Shown: one piece after another, positions 1 through 13,815 of the stretch
How positions within the stretch are numbered: position 1 is the first letter of the stretch
Layout of the letters: the number at the start of each line of letters is the position of its first letter
Source: Gekko japonicus
Lineage: Eukaryota
Direction: 5' to 3'
Length of the DNA stretch: 64,000 bases
NCBI RefSeq assembly: GCF_001447785.1
Contig: NW_015170905.1
Location: 866,436-930,435 of the forward strand
The notes under the pieces: generated by a model
Database searches by the model: none
The model's input: only the letters and a program-made list of their open reading frames with translations
Told to the model about the DNA's origin: nothing
Made by a program: the position numbers and the translations under genes

Positions 1-1173
1 CACGTGGCCAGAGGCTTTAGCTTCACTGTGAGCCAAGACTCAGCAAACCCAGATTGTAGCCTTGACCTCAGTGCTGCCCTGAGGGCCAGACCCAGACTTC
101 AATTGCTGTTTAGAATCTTGATCCAGAGACGTTCACAGTCAGCTTCAGGATGCTGCTTTGAGAAATGTTTAACACACTAGAAAGCAGTTTAATCATACAA
201 AAGGAAACAAAATTTGGCTTTTGCTGTGAATAAACTACTACAAGACAAAATGACCTGGTAAATGATTGGCTCCATGATTACAACCAATACCCAGGATGCC
301 CTGAGCCAGTGGGATGATGATCCATAGTTTCTCACTTTCAGAAACAAGAAAGCGCCATCTATTTCCATATGTCTATATTTAAATGTCAACAAATTTCAAG
401 CTATTACATAGTTTAAGATAGTAAAGAAAAAAGATTCTCAGAAACATTGTTGGAAGGAAATAATTGCAAAATAAGATACATAAAAAGCATAACATTACTC
501 CAAAAACAAGTTTGAACTACAAACCAAAATAGCAATAAATAGATCACTAGATCCAGAGTTTATAAAGAGAAAAAAGAGAATGATGGTATTAAAACCCCCA
601 TAGAACTTCAAACACATTATAACTAACTTGGTAGGACCCTTTTACATATTTATTGTATTAACTGGTAACCATTTAAGCTATCTTTGCTTGTCATGATATG
701 TTAGCCCTCTACACATGTCCCATCCATGCACTCACTAAGGGCATGAAGAGGGACAGTGGGCACAAATGTGCTATCCCATCTCTGCCTCCATGTTATTGCT
801 GGGTCTTCTGCATGGTATGAATGCAAGGAGGAAGTGTCCACATGTATGCTGTCTCTGTGTGATTGAGGATAATGGTTTCCAAACATTGCTGAACATGTGG
901 AGGAAGTATATATGTAGACACTTCCTCCATGCGTAGGCACTGTGTTCATGAGCTGGTGATCACACAGAGGTGGGGGCAGGTACAGGGTGTTTGTCCTTTT
1001 CCTCTCCATGAGTTCAGTCAATGCATGGAGGGCTCAAATGTTCATCAGGTAAGTATTTGGTACTGTAAAAAATGTGGCTTTAAAAGAAACAAAATATTGT
1101 AACTTAAATATGAAAATGTCATTTATGAAAACACTTTGGACCAGCACTTTAATTATGTGAGTTAACTTTGGAA

Positions 1174-1906
1174 TAGGGGTGTGTGCTTGGTATAAACCAA
1201 ACCAAATAAATACCCGAAGAAACCTTATCAGTGGTTTTCTTTGGGAGGGGGGATTTTATTCGCGTGACAGCTATACTGAGAGTCAGACCCAGCTGAGGTG
1301 GTGCAGAGCTGACAGGTGGAGTTCCCCACCATATACAGATCCTGGGGCCAGCTTCACCTGCCTGGTGGTTTAAACCACTGGGCAGGAGAAGCCTCCGAGC
1401 TAGGAGTGCAAGAGGAGTCAGCCCAGGATTGGCCATGGTGGTGGGAGCTGACAGCTTATCCTGGCCTGGCGAGTTCACCCAGAAGGCGTTTAAAGGGACT
1501 GTGACCCTTTGAACGCATTTTTTTTATCCATTGGATACTCATAGAATTGGACCCCCCGGTTCAATCTTTTTGAAACTTGGGAGTGGGTTGAGGAGAGGCA
1601 CCAGCAGCTATGCTGTAAATTTGGTGCATCTACCTCAAAAAGCCAGCCCCCCAATACCCCCAGATTTCCCCCCCTTATACTTTATGGGGATCACTTTCAG
1701 GTCCCTTTGTATTGCCTATGGGGACCATTGACTACAATGCTCCACATAGGGTATAATGGAACTGAAAAAATTCAGCAATCCCAGAAATTTCCCAAATCCC
1801 AAAACAATACCAATACTGGGATTTGGGAATATTGAGAAATAACAATATTTTATGGGTTCAGTATACCCAAACCCGGAAAATACTGATTTTTTTGTGCACT
1901 CCCCTA
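1174..1906. mobile_element. Non-autonomous hAT-type DNA transposon (MITE), TAGGGGTGTG family
   Basis: Termini TAGGGGTGTG...GTGCACTCCCCTA. Flanking 8-mers ctttggaa (1166-1173) and ctttgaaa (1907-1914) match 7/8. Interior is homologous to 3419-4041. Confidence 0.8.
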
Positions 1907-2776
1907 CTTTGAAATACTTATTAGACATTACAAGCAGACCTATGGATGTGAATTCATTATTAGGTCTGTCATCATAAAGGTGTGAGGATTTTATGTCACA
2001 AGGATGTGGCTTCTTTCTTAGGTATGCGTAAGCTATGGAATGGACCTTTGTCTAGTGGTATTCCTATGACACCAACATACATTTTAGCAGAAGTCTAATT
2101 TGCATTCCCTTTCTTCTAGATGCTAATTTAATTTTTAGTGAGAAAAAACCCACCTGGAATTATCTTAGGATATGGCAATTGTAACAAAACCTGTTTAACT
2201 TTCATCCCAATATTTATAGTAAAATCATCAGGGACTGAGACATCATTTAGCTGAAACAAATTTTGATCCTCTATTGAATGGAGAAAAAAATCTTGACTGG
2301 AAAAAAATATATCTTTTGAATGTTTGCCTGCTTTGGGTGTGTGTGTGAAAATAGCACTTTCAGAGAAAAATGTTTCCTCCCAAATTTGTGTGTGTTTGCT
2401 TCTTGTTAGAAGTTGTCAAACACTTTTTTCCCTTCACTGCTCTTCCTTTGGTGCCATTTTTAAGGGCCACTTTCTTTTACAAAATGATGTCAGTAAATCT
2501 GGGTTAGTGTAGTGAACATGCCAATGTCATGATGCCATATAACCCTTCAGATCTGTCTACAGGACAATGCCTGAAGTCAAATGAAGTAAATTCATTGTGA
2601 TATAGCATGATGGAGAAAGCATTTTACTCCCTCTGAATCCTCTTTGCTTTCCCTTAGTGATGTCATCATGTAACCAAATTCATTTAGCCACTTAACATCA
2701 TGACTTAGAATTGTCATTCCAGATTCCTCTCCAGTTATTACTTTCTGTCAGGGTTGGTGAGCATAGTAGTTTGAAA

Positions 2777-3056
2777 AAGAAGAAGAGATTGGATTTATAC
2801 TCCACCCTTCACTACCCAAGGGAGTCTCAGAGCGGCTTACAAACTCCTTCCCTTTCCCCTCCCCACAACAGACACCCTGTGAGGTAGGTGGGGCTGAGAG
2901 AGCTCTGACAGAAACTGCTCTTTTTCAAGAACAGCTGTGCCAGAACTATGGCTTGCCCAAGGTCATCCAGCAGGTGCAAGTGGAGGAGTGGGGAATCAAA
3001 CCTGGTTCTCCCAGATTAGAGTCCACGCACTTAACCACTACACCAAGCTGGCTCTC
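2777..3056 (-). mobile_element. tRNA-derived CORE SINE (Squam3-like)
   Basis: Minus strand starts GAGAGCCAGCTTGGTGTAGTGGTTAAG (A box), then a GGTTTGATTCC B box, CORE segment CCTACCTCACAGGGTG and a (TTC)n-like tail. A close copy lies at 36616-36904. Confidence 0.85.
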
Positions 3057-3418
3057 TTGTTCATTGCTGAGAAAATTACAATTCTTGTCCAGGCTGACAT
3101 AAAGTAATAGCCAGAAAAGTTTAAGATTGGAACTGTAACTTTAATGATGAACCCGCTCCCTCCTGATGTCAGCTATTCATCCATCCCTCTTGATGAAGAC
3201 AATGTTTGTTGGAAAGAGGGAAACTGCCAAGGGAGATGTATGTCCTGTGTGTGTGTGTGTTGCAGGCCTCCATTTTGTACACTCACCGAAAGCTCTTGAG
3301 CTTTCTCAAGCCATTGACAGGGATGTTCACCAAAAACCCACACACAGAAAACCCCAAAGACACACACAAACAATAGTGTTACTTTGGTGATTGAACTTAG
3401 GTTCAGTTGGGTTGTAAC

Positions 3419-4041
3419 TAGGGGTATACATTCGGCAACATTGAGTCGAAAAAATACCAGGAAATTTTAGGATTTTTTTCAACCGAATATAAAGCTTGGT
3501 ATTGCCTAAAGCTATCCAAAATGGCTGAGCCCGAAAAATTCCAAAAATATTTTTGGGGGAATTGGGGCTACTGGATAGCTGGTGAACTCACCACTTCGGA
3601 TTTCACTCATGACACAACTTGCAAAAGACATTTAAAGGCACCATTTCCCCTTTAAATGCCTTTCCCCCCCCTCCATTGGAAATAATGTAGGATGGGGGCA
3701 ACTACTTTTGGGGCTCATAAAATTGGACCCCATGGTCCAATCTGAAACGTGAGGTTTTTGTGAGGAGCGATACCAGCAGCTATGCTGCAAATTTGGTGCA
3801 TCTACCTCAAAACATACCCCCCTCAGAGCCCCAGATACCCCTTGATCAATTATCCATTATATCCTATGGGGACTATTGACTTTAATGGTATAATTGAGCT
3901 GAAATTTTTTTGCAATCCGGAATATTTACTGAATCCGAATACCATACTGGTATTGGGATTTGGGAATATCAGGAAATACCAATATTTTTCAGGTTCAATA
4001 TATCTGAATCCAAAAAATACCAGGATTTTTGCAAGCCCCTA
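3419..4041. mobile_element. hAT-type MITE, same family as 1174-1906
   Basis: Termini TAGGGGTATACA...TGCAAGCCCCTA. Degenerate 8-bp TSD gttgtaac/gttgcagt. Shares the internal block 'accagcagctatgctg..aatttggtgcatctacctcaaaa'. Confidence 0.75.
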
Positions 4042-5597
4042 GTTGCAGTCCTGTTTGTCCTTAATGGCCGAACTACCTATAATTGCATTTGTTGCTATTA
4101 GCAGCAGGTATTCTGCTTTCATACCAGCAACTAGTTTTCTTCCTTTCTTCTTTATGTTGGATGATGCCATTCTTTCGGCTATTTAATGGCAACTTTACTA
4201 CAGAACACCCCAGGGGAATTTATTCCCAAACACGTCTCTAGCCCTATGCAGAGAAATCTAAGAGCTTTTCTCCCTGAGTTCCCAGCAAGAGCTTCCTGCT
4301 TGCTTTATGAGTTCCAGTTAATACACACATACTTAGGGCTTGTCTCCATCACTAGGAGCCAGTCTAATGAGCTGTCACAGAGACACTAATAGCAAGGCCA
4401 CCTTATGTCCTTTGCCTGTTTGTGTGATCCCACCTTTGCAGTCCAAGTCATCTTGCTGGCCTTACTCTTACTTTAATATGAGGTTTGTTATTATTTCAGA
4501 AGTGCATTATGTATAGACTGTTTGAGGGCACCACCTTTTTACATATTGTCTAGAATGTGTTATCCTAAGAAAAAGCTAAATGTGACATTTCTTGACCTTA
4601 CTGTTGTCTTAATGGGATTAACAGAGAGAGGCTCCAGCTGAAATTATGGAACACAAATATTGATAGATGTTTGTTTACTTTAATTAGGATGCTTTTTACA
4701 GATACAATGTCAGACCTTTACAGATGCAGTGTCTAAAATAAGTGCTGCTATTGGCAGTCAGTTATCTTGGATAATAACTATTACCAGGGTAATAAAGCAG
4801 AATTATCACCCGCTCATTTATTTTTTTCTTTTATATATTTAGTCCCATTTCTTAAAACAATAACTCTGATAATTTTGCTTTCTCTGAACTGTGCCACAAA
4901 CTGAAGCTTATACAATATGAAGACAATATGTTTCTGAGAAGGTGACCCCAGTTAGAACTACATTCTTATTCAACGGTATGAACATGAAGTAGGCATTTAT
5001 GGTGAGTGGGGGATGCTTTATATATGCTACAATCTTTGTCTTAGTGTAATTGACACTTAAAATTTCCATAATGACCATCTCAACCCAAGCTGAGAAAGGC
5101 CATGTCATCATATACATATAGCAGAAGATGGAACACGGGCTATTTGTCAAGTAAGTGTTTATCCCTTTGTTTGATCTACAGCACAGAGACACTGGAGAGA
5201 TTTTTTTTACCTTCTCTTGGAGCACATTTTCATATAGTGTATATACAATGTGACTTCTCTCTTTGCTAATTAATTTTATTACACTATCACATTGGGGGTG
5301 CCGCAGCTCTTTCTTGTGTTAGTACTGTCCTTCATTGAAGTTGAGATGGCTGACATGTGACAGCCATGACAGGGACTCCTCTTTTTGGCCTTGGGCTTCT
5401 GATATTATGACATGTTGAATGGAGCCACACTGTAGTGGGCTGTGGCTCTCAAATAATTAAAATAGCATTGAAAAATAATGACTCCTGTTCATTGCCTGAT
5501 GTATCATGGGTCTAGTTTAAATATTAGTTTATATAGAATATTCAGGAACCCTGTGTGTTTCTTTCCACTCTGTAAAACAATGCAAAAAAGTTATAGC

Positions 5598-5880
5598 TAG
5601 GAATGGGCATGATCCACAAAACATGAACAAATATGCTGGTTCACAAACTGAACCAGTTCATATCAGTTTGTGAGCAATTTAAAGTTTTAACTCCTGCTTT
5701 CTGCTTCCCGTAAAAAGCAGTGTTTTTTCATGAGGAGCTCTTCACAAACCACCATGAACTGCATCAAAATTCATGCAAGTTTGTTGCAGTTCTTCAGTTT
5801 GCAAACATCACTTCATGAACCACAAACTGGCCACAATTCATGACAACTTTTAATTTTCAACCAAGTTGCACTCATCCTTA
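5598..5880. mobile_element. hAT-type MITE (TAGGGATGGGCA family)
   Basis: Perfect 8-bp TSD gttatagc at 5590-5597 and 5881-5888. Degenerate TIRs taggaatgggca / tgcactcatcctta. Confidence 0.8.
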
Positions 5881-6769
5881 GTTATAGCAGTTCAGGCCTA
5901 CTGGGAGGTAGAAGCCCTATTTACTGCTGCAACTTTACACACACAAAAACTCATTTGCATTCCAGAATCATGGAAATAAATTTGTAGCAGTGTGCACATG
6001 TATAATCTTTGAACATGGATAATGTAGGTGAGCATGGCATCATTATATAAACATGGGAAACTTTGACAGCAGCCCAAAACCTTGAATAAGTGTTTCTGTA
6101 ACTGATTTTATTATATCGCTTTTATCTTGTGACTTGCCTCAAACATGAGTCCAAACCATCTTATATCTAATAATCAAATGTGGCTGAATCTGTAGATACT
6201 TAAATCCATGGATCAGGGCCACAGTGATGCAAAACAGATACTTCTGCAAACTTGGGGTCCCCCCAGCTTTGCATAAAAATCTGAAAACCTTAAATATATA
6301 TATATTAGGGAGTTTAAATCTCTCCCTTAATAAAGAGCCTTGTCTGTGCATGCAGATGATGCACCTGCTTTCTGTCTTGTGGCAGAATCTGGGAGCCTCT
6401 CCTGGCCAGGTGGCAGTGGCAGTAGAGGCCAGGAATGCTGCGGGCCCGGTTGTGCCATTGATGGAATCCATAAGATGCTCCTGCCCCAGGCACACTGTCA
6501 ACAGAGTTTGCAAACTTCTCTGGACATGGCTCCATCAGGATGAGATTCCCCTCCATGAGTGTTATATGACCCTCCCCCATTGGATATTGCGATGTTCAAC
6601 ACAGCGAAATCTGAGATTACTTCAATCCACAGATTGGAACTGTGAATGGATGAGACAGACGTTTCTACAAACCTGAAAGACGCCCCAGATTTGCAGAAGA
6701 ATCTGAAATATATATAAAAATGGTAAAAGGAGTACCTGTAGCTTTAAGAAATGGATGCCCTCATTGTCC

Positions 6770-7470
6770 ATTGCTAGGCAAATGACAAAAGTATTGTCAG
6801 CCAGTTCCAGACTTGGTTTCTATCAGTAAAAGGCAAGCAAAAGAGGCTTTCCAGGGCTGTTTTGGCCTTTGAGGGAGGACTCATTGGGCCCAAGCCTGGC
6901 AGCAACCACTGCACAACTTGCTAGCACACAACCTGTATGACTAAGCCCTGCATGAGGTAAGACACATGGTGGTGCTCAGCTTGACCCAGGCAACCCTCAT
7001 GTGAGTCAAGGCAAATGACAGCAGCTTGGCTTGATCAAGCCGTTTGGGGCAGCTTGGCCTGGGAGAGCACCCGTGAGGTGGGACAGGTGGCAGCTTGGCC
7101 TGGCCAAGTCTCACATAAAGCATGGTGAGTAGTGGAAGCTTGATAGGTGGAAGCAGAGAACCTGAGGATATGGGGCTTTCCAGTTGGAGGGGAAAAAATA
7201 GTGTGAGTAAGGTGAGATGAGAGAATGGGATGACCCTCATATGTCCCCGTAGGCTCCCCTCCTGGCAACATGCAACTGGACCAGAATCTTCCTGAGTAGA
7301 GGGTGCCAAAGGTAAGGAAGGGCAGAAAATTGAAGATGGGGAGGAGATAAAGGGAGGTGGATGGGAAGAAGAGAAAGAGGCAGAAAATGGGGAGAGATTG
7401 TAGGGGCTTTTGAGGAAGGAAAAGAGGAAATAGTGGAGGAGAGGGAAATGAGATGCACTTTGCAAGTACT
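6770..7470 (+). repeat. Interspersed composite repeat (homologous to 62820-63440 and 51460-52560), possibly non-autonomous Helitron-derived
   Basis: Shares the blocks 'ttgctaggcaa...cttggtttct...gggctgtt(t)tggcctttgagg' and 'taggggct...aaagaggaaatagt' with the 62.8-63.4 kb copy. Confidence 0.5.
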
Positions 7471-8909
7471 TTTAAATATATAATAAATAATCTAGTTGTG
7501 TGGCAGTCTGCTCTCCTGAAAATGTCAATTAATATTGACAAGATTTTAGTCTGTTCCAGTTTTTATTGCATGTATTATCTTGCTCTTACTGCATTGTTTT
7601 CTATTTTTGCAATTTCGTTTTTCCATTCTTTATGAAATCCCATGTCTGTTTTTTCTTTGTTTATAATTTTTGTGTTCCACATTTGTTTTTTGCATGTCTA
7701 TATTGTTTGATTGCATTGTGTGTGAACTATTTCACTCAGATGTGAAAAATAACCTGTGTAATCTGTTTTGAGATTGTGAGAAAAGTGAGCTAGAAATAAG
7801 TGAATAAAGAAATTGTTAGTGTAGATGACTTCAGCATTCAGTCCATTCTTTCCATTTCATCAAGACTAGAATCTCCTAAAAATATCAACCAGTACTTTAA
7901 ATTCGACAACAGATCACTAGGAATCACAGCACTGTTTTGGAGATGGCAGAAACATCATGAAGGGTTTATAAATTAACTTTAGTCTCAAGCTGTCATATTC
8001 TTAAAAAATACTAGACATTCTAAGACTAAAACAACACCAACACAGGTTTAATGGAATTAGCTTACTTTTGTATTGTCCTTAACTGTCTGCTTCAGTCATA
8101 AATATTTTACGTAGAGATTATGAAAACTTACAAACTGGGTGTCTGCTAGATTTCCACATTGGGCAAGATATACAGCCAACAGGGCAGAAGTGAGATGTTC
8201 ATATAATCAGGAACTGGGCAAGAATTTTCCCTTTATGTGCCAAACCACTCAGATGTGAAAAATAAGCCCTGAGGTCCAATCCAGAATTCCTTGCTGTGCA
8301 TCAGGGGGTGGAAGTCCTGGAACAAGACTTACTTGAGATGAGTCATTTCACATCCTAGTGGGAATTCTATGAGAGCTGAATTTTCCTTGAAAAATTCATA
8401 CCATCCCTACTCCATGGCACAAGCACTGCCCTAGTAAATATGTAGATTATTCTTATTTAAGCCGTACACTGTTTGTGTAGTTGTGGCTTCAATAGGAATG
8501 ACTGTTTTAGGTCATGTTGCATGGATATTTTCAGGATGAGATAGAATCTGATGTTATTATGATCATTTTATGGCTTGGCACATTTGCTTTTATGAGTTTG
8601 ATTTAATATTTCCTGTTACTCATGGGGGGTAAAATTGAAGCCTCTCTATTTCTTTCCATACTTGACAGATGCAAACAATAGTAGGTTATAGGCAGTCTCT
8701 TACCTACCCAGTAGTACAGCACAGAACCCTTTAAAGGGTTGCACACATTAACTTGCAGAGCCATCCTAAGCACAGTTACACCCTTGCAAGCCCATTGCCT
8801 GGAGCCATTGGTCATGGAGGTGACTGGAGGTATAGTGACTCTGGATTTAGTTCTCATCATGGTGTGAGACCTGGTATGAGATGCAGATGTTGCTGCACCG
8901 GTTGGGAAT

Positions 8910-9150
8910 AGAGCAAGAGTCCAGTAACATCTTCAAAACTAGCAACATTTGTGGCAGAGTATGAGTTTTCATGAGTCACTGCTCACTTCTTCAGATATCT
9001 GATATTCTTCAGGTATTTGAAGAAGTGAGCAGTGACTCACAAAAGCTCATACCCTGCCACAAATTTTGTTAGTCTTTAAGGTGCTACTGGACTCTTGCTC
9101 TTTTTTACTGCAACAGACAGACTTATTCAGCTACCCATCTTGATCTATCA
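8910..9150. mobile_element. Penelope-like element-derived head-to-head palindrome with hammerhead ribozyme cores
   Basis: 8910-8998 is the reverse complement of about 9015-9101. The arms read (C/T)TGAAGA-AGTGAGCAGTGACTCA(C/T)-(G/A)AAA, the reptile PLE hammerhead motif. Flanks contain ggaatag on both sides. Confidence 0.75.
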
Positions 9151-12100
9151 GTATGGAATAGTCACCACATTGATATTAAGTCCAGCATTTATCTCAGTGG
9201 AAAGCTACCCCAAAACTCCAAAATAATCATACTTAATTTCAAAAGAGAGAATTTTAAAAAATGAAGGGACTAGTCAGAAAAAAAATTAAAAGAGAGAAGA
9301 GAGTCAAATCCTTCAAGATGCATGGAAGCTATTGAAAACTAAAACTACACTAATTGAAGGTCAGATAGAATATATACTTTAAGTTTGACAGTGTCATGGA
9401 TATGGCCAGTAATATAGGAGAACAGTTGCTGGACGTGACCTAAAAACCATAGAAAAGGTCTCTGTTCACAGAATCCGGCTCTCCAGCAGATGCCAATGAG
9501 AGGAGGCAAGAGGCTGGCTGCATTCACAGCCATGTCTCTTTAAGGGGGCGGGGCCAGCCCCGTCTTAACGGCCAGCCCCAACCCCCAGCTTTGCAGTCTT
9601 CACATCGTGCTTGGCAGAGAAGGACACAAGGCATTGAGGGAGCCTTGGAGGCTGAGTTTGGTTTAGGATAATTCTGTTGCAGCTCGATAAGCATCTATCA
9701 GCAACCCTGTAGGGTGGAGGGGTCTGTCAGGATCATCACTGCGGTCTCGTGGCCAGGGATGAGATGGGCAGACTGCCTTTTGGAGTGCCTTTGATGGATA
9801 CTCTACACAGTCCATGTGGCTGTGGATGAGGGATCGTCATGACATATTCCTGGGCTGGGCAGCTCGGTTACAACCTCGGAGGCCAGGTGCATTGCCCGTC
9901 TTATAGCAAGGGTGGGGTTTGGGTTTGAGTGACCCCAGGCCTTGACCATGCCGCTTCATACTGTTAGCCCTTGCCTTTGATGTTAATAAAATAAAGTGGC
10001 CTTTAGTTTCCCAACTACCATTGTATGACTCTTTCTTCCATCTATGGGGGCAAACAGAGCTAGCTTTGCCTCTTAGTGGAGCATGTCAAGCAGGAAATTT
10101 AGAGACCATAATGCAGGCAAGCCAAGCAGTAACCTAATCATATGGACTTGTGTGGATTAGACACTGCTAACTCATATCAATGGACACTACATGTGTTGAG
10201 GTCCAGGGGCATCTAAGAATGGCAGGGATGTCCACCTGCACAGAAGTGGAGATATTAGTCAAAGGTGGTTGTGTTGACTGAGAGCCAAAAACAATTCATA
10301 TGTATGAGAAACCTGTAATCACTATTTATGAACAGACTCTAAGATAAAAAGTAGTAAGCGTGACCTAAGGTTTTAAAATATATTTTAAGAAGACATTGCA
10401 AGTATAGATAACTTTGTATGGTATAAGATAATGAGCTAACCAAGAATGTGTGTACTTATCAAGTGGGACAGTTAGCTTATTGTTAAGAGCTGATGTTAAA
10501 ATCCTATAAACGGGAAGTTCACTTGATTGAGAGCTTTCTTCTCCAAATATGCTCCTGCTGTGGCCTGCTTAGTTTTGGGTTAAGAAACTTTTATGGTCTC
10601 ATGGAATTGGTCTAATTATCTGTGTAACAATCAGGCACAGTACAATGTTTTGTTGATTTAGGCAATGTTAAGAATGCAATAGATGTTTTAATAAAAAGCT
10701 TACAATGGAAGCAGCAATTTTCTAATAGTAGTACCATACCCAGAACGAACTTAAAACATTACTAAGGTGGACCTCTGGCTAGGAGTTAAATGATCTAATA
10801 CAGGAAAGCCAATTAAATGTCTAGGGCTTCTTAAGTGCCCACCTATATCTGAATCAAGCTGGACTAGAGTCAACCAGAACAAAAGGTACTACCAATCTAT
10901 AAGGATGCCTGTATAGTTAACCAACCAAGTCAAGGATGCCATAAAAGGCAAGTTTCAGGTGCGTAGCCATGCTTGTCAGCAGTAGAAGAGTAAGATTCTA
11001 GTCCTGTGGGGCTAGAATCCTGCCCATAAAAGGGGGGGTTCCCCTTTAAAAAGGGGAAGTTTTCCTGAATTAGGTGAACAGAAGCGAGCACAAGTGCTGG
11101 TAAAACAAATATAAGTTGACAATAAGGTGAGCAATAAGAGACGTTGTGGAGTGGATTACTGAAAACATTAAGACAAATACCAACCTTTTCTTCAAATATG
11201 TCAGGAGTGGTAAGTCAGCCAAACAGGCGGGTGGTACTTTGGATGACAAAGGAACTCAAACATGAAATAGTTGATGTACAAAAAATATATATTTAATTTG
11301 TCATTAAACTCTGCCTCCTTGCCAGAAGTGGAAAGTAGAAAATGTCACACCATTCTTTAAAAAAAAAGGTCCACAGGGAATCCAGGTAATTACAGGCCAG
11401 TTCACCTAGCATCTGTTCCAAGTAAATTAGTAGAAACTATTATTAAATGCAGAATTCTTAAGAGCACTGAGGAACAAAGCCTGCTGAGGAAAAATCAGCA
11501 TGGCTTATGCAAAAAGGAAGTCTCATCTCAGCAACCTTTTGGAGTGTTTTGAGCAGATTATCAACCATGTGGACAAGGGTGATTTAGTAAACATTATATA
11601 GCTAGACTTCCAAAAGCCTTTTGTCAAGGAACCTCACTGGAGACTCCTGAGTAAGCTGAGCAGTCAAGGCATAAGAGGATGATTTCTCTTATGGGTTAAA
11701 ATTTTGTTAAACAACGGGAAGCAGAGAGCAGGAATAAATTGACAATTCTCACAATGGAAGGAAGTGGTTTGTGGGGTTCCAAAGATACTAAATTATTCAG
11801 GATGGTGAAAACCAAGGTAGATTGTGAAGAGTTACAGGAAGATCTTAAATTGGGCGACTGGACAACAACATTGCAAGTGAAGATCAATTGTAGTAAATGT
11901 AAGTTTATACTTACTGGAACAGTAAGTCTGAACTGGCTGGGAACAAGATGAAAAGAGATCTTGTAGTTGTGGTGAACAGCGAGATGAAAATGTCAGTTCA
12001 GTATGTAGAAACAATGAAAAAAGTTAACTCAGTGCTAGGGATTATTATGAAAGGGACCAGAAATAAAATTGCCCAAATGATAATGCCCTTGTATAGGGAA

Positions 12101-12161
12101 TATGGTATGGTCCGAATTGAAATATTCCACAGAGGTCTGGTTGCCATATTTTTATATATAG

Positions 12162-12249
<88 letters not shown>
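12162..12249 (+). repeat. (GATA)n microsatellite
   Basis: Pure GATA/AGAT run of about 22 units inside the CR1. Confidence 0.97.
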
Positions 12250-12625
12250 TGTAGGGCTGGGGAAAGTGCATCAGACATCACCCCAAGTAATTAAGTGACT
12301 GTAACACATTTTCCACAAGAAAAAACTAAAAAATCAGAGAGTTTTTAGAAAAAGATATTAGGAGCATGATAGAGGGTTACAAAATTATGCATGGGATGGA
12401 GAAAGTGGATAGAGTTTTTACTGCCTCTCCCATAATGCTAGAACTCAGAACACCCAACAAAGTTAATAGGCAATTGTTTCAGGACACACCAAAGGAAATA
12501 TTCTTTACTCATTGAGTCATTAAATTGTGGAATTTACTGCCAATTGCCATAAGGATGACTGCTAGCTTGTGCAGAATAGATTCATCAATGGTGGTAAAGG
12601 GAACTTCCATATACAGAGGCAGCAA

Positions 12626-13025
12626 TAAGGTTGCCAAATCCCCTGGTGGACATGAGACACCCTGCTACTAGGCCCCACCTCCCTGCTGCTGATCAGCTGG
12701 CCAGCGGAGGGAAACTTAATTTGAAAAAGAAGGAGAACCATCCAACATGAAGCAACATACATCACTGCCCACGTGACTCGGAAGTGATGTCATCACATCC
12801 AGGAGGTTGGGGCAACTCTATGGAAGAAGCTGAATTTACTGTGGAGTTTCTGCCCAAATACCAAAGCATTGTTCTGATGTCCTGGGTGCAATGGCATCAC
12901 TTCTGGGTCATGTGGGCAGTGATGTAGACACATTGCTGCATGTCAAATGGGTCTCCCTGCTGCTCCCGGTGAGTCCCTCCCATCCATCACCAGTTGCTGG
13001 GAGGGACCTGGACCTGGCAATCCTA
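12626..13025. mobile_element. hAT-type MITE (TAGGGTTGCCA family) inserted in the CR1 3' UTR
   Basis: Termini taaggttgcca...tggcaatccta. TSD ggcagcaa/ggcagtga (6/8). Confidence 0.7.
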
Positions 13026-13543
13026 GGCAGTGAACCTATGAATATCAGTGTTAGGAGACATCATCAAGGACAGGCTTTGGCCTCTACACCCTGGGTTTTT
13101 TTAGTTCTCAAAGGCAAATGTTTGACTGCTGTGTGATACAGGTTGCTGGACTAGAAGGCCCACTGGGTCTGATCCCGCAGGGCTCTTCTAATGTTATGAC
13201 TTAGAAGTGAATAACTCTGCTTAGGATGGCACTATTGGTGAGCCAGTATTAATTCTTCTGAGAAGTCCACATCCATTATGTTTTAATTTTATTCTTTGAT
13301 TGGGTTTCATTTTTATTTGTGCTTTGCATAGTAATACAATACACTTGGGTTACCAAAATCCAGGTGATGCCTGGAATTGACCTGGAATTACAACTGATCT
13401 CCAGCCTACGGAGATCAGTTCTTGTGGAGGAAATGGCAACATCAGAAAGTGTTTTAATTGTTTGATGTATCTGAAAGCACTGATCCATTGACAGCTATGC
13501 CTTCATGTGGGTATGTTGTGGTAAGGAATTTAGAATGTAGTAA

Positions 13544-13755
13544 GGCTGTGGTGGCTCAAATGGTTAAGATGCTGAACTGCAGACCGGAAGGTTGATAATT
13601 CAGCAGTTCAAGACCCAAGTGCCACATGACGGAGTGAGCTCTCATCTCTGGCTCCAGCTCCTGCTAACCTAGCAGTTCAAAAGCAAGAAATTGCAAGTAG
13701 ATAAATAGGTACCACTTCGGTGGGAAGGTAACAGTGTTCCGTGCACCTCGGCTAG
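13544..13755 (+). mobile_element. Sauria SINE (Squam1), 3'-truncated
   Basis: Matches the 5' ~210 nt of the complete copy at 14800-15152. Confidence 0.85.
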
Positions 13756-13815
13756 GAAGAGAATATAAGTTTCTTTGCAGTATTTGATATGTTTCTATAA
13801 AGCAGAAGTCCTTTC

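Larger units (their letters stand above)
10100..13200 (+). mobile_element. Degraded CR1 LINE (ORF2 EN/RT remnants plus 3' UTR)
   Basis: Remnant motifs FFKYVRS, GNPGNYRPVHL, YLDFQKPF-like, 'DTKLFRMVKTKVDCEELQEDL' and 'RDLVVVVNSEMKMS'. 3' tail ttctaatgttatg near 13190. Many frameshifts. The 5' boundary is approximate. Confidence 0.8.

Noticed and set aside
2777-3056. tRNA gene
   Set aside because: The A/B boxes belong to a SINE head. No complete cloverleaf.
6139-6676. Overlapping ORFs of 124-150 aa
   Set aside because: No recognisable domain or splice context. Lies in a probable old repeat.
9530-10040. Possible Ngaro/LTR relic ending aataaagtggcc
   Set aside because: GC-rich and repeat-like, but I could not verify any diagnostic peptide, terminal repeat or TSD.
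12045-12281. ORF with (SIYL)n repeats
   Set aside because: Translation of the (GATA)n microsatellite.
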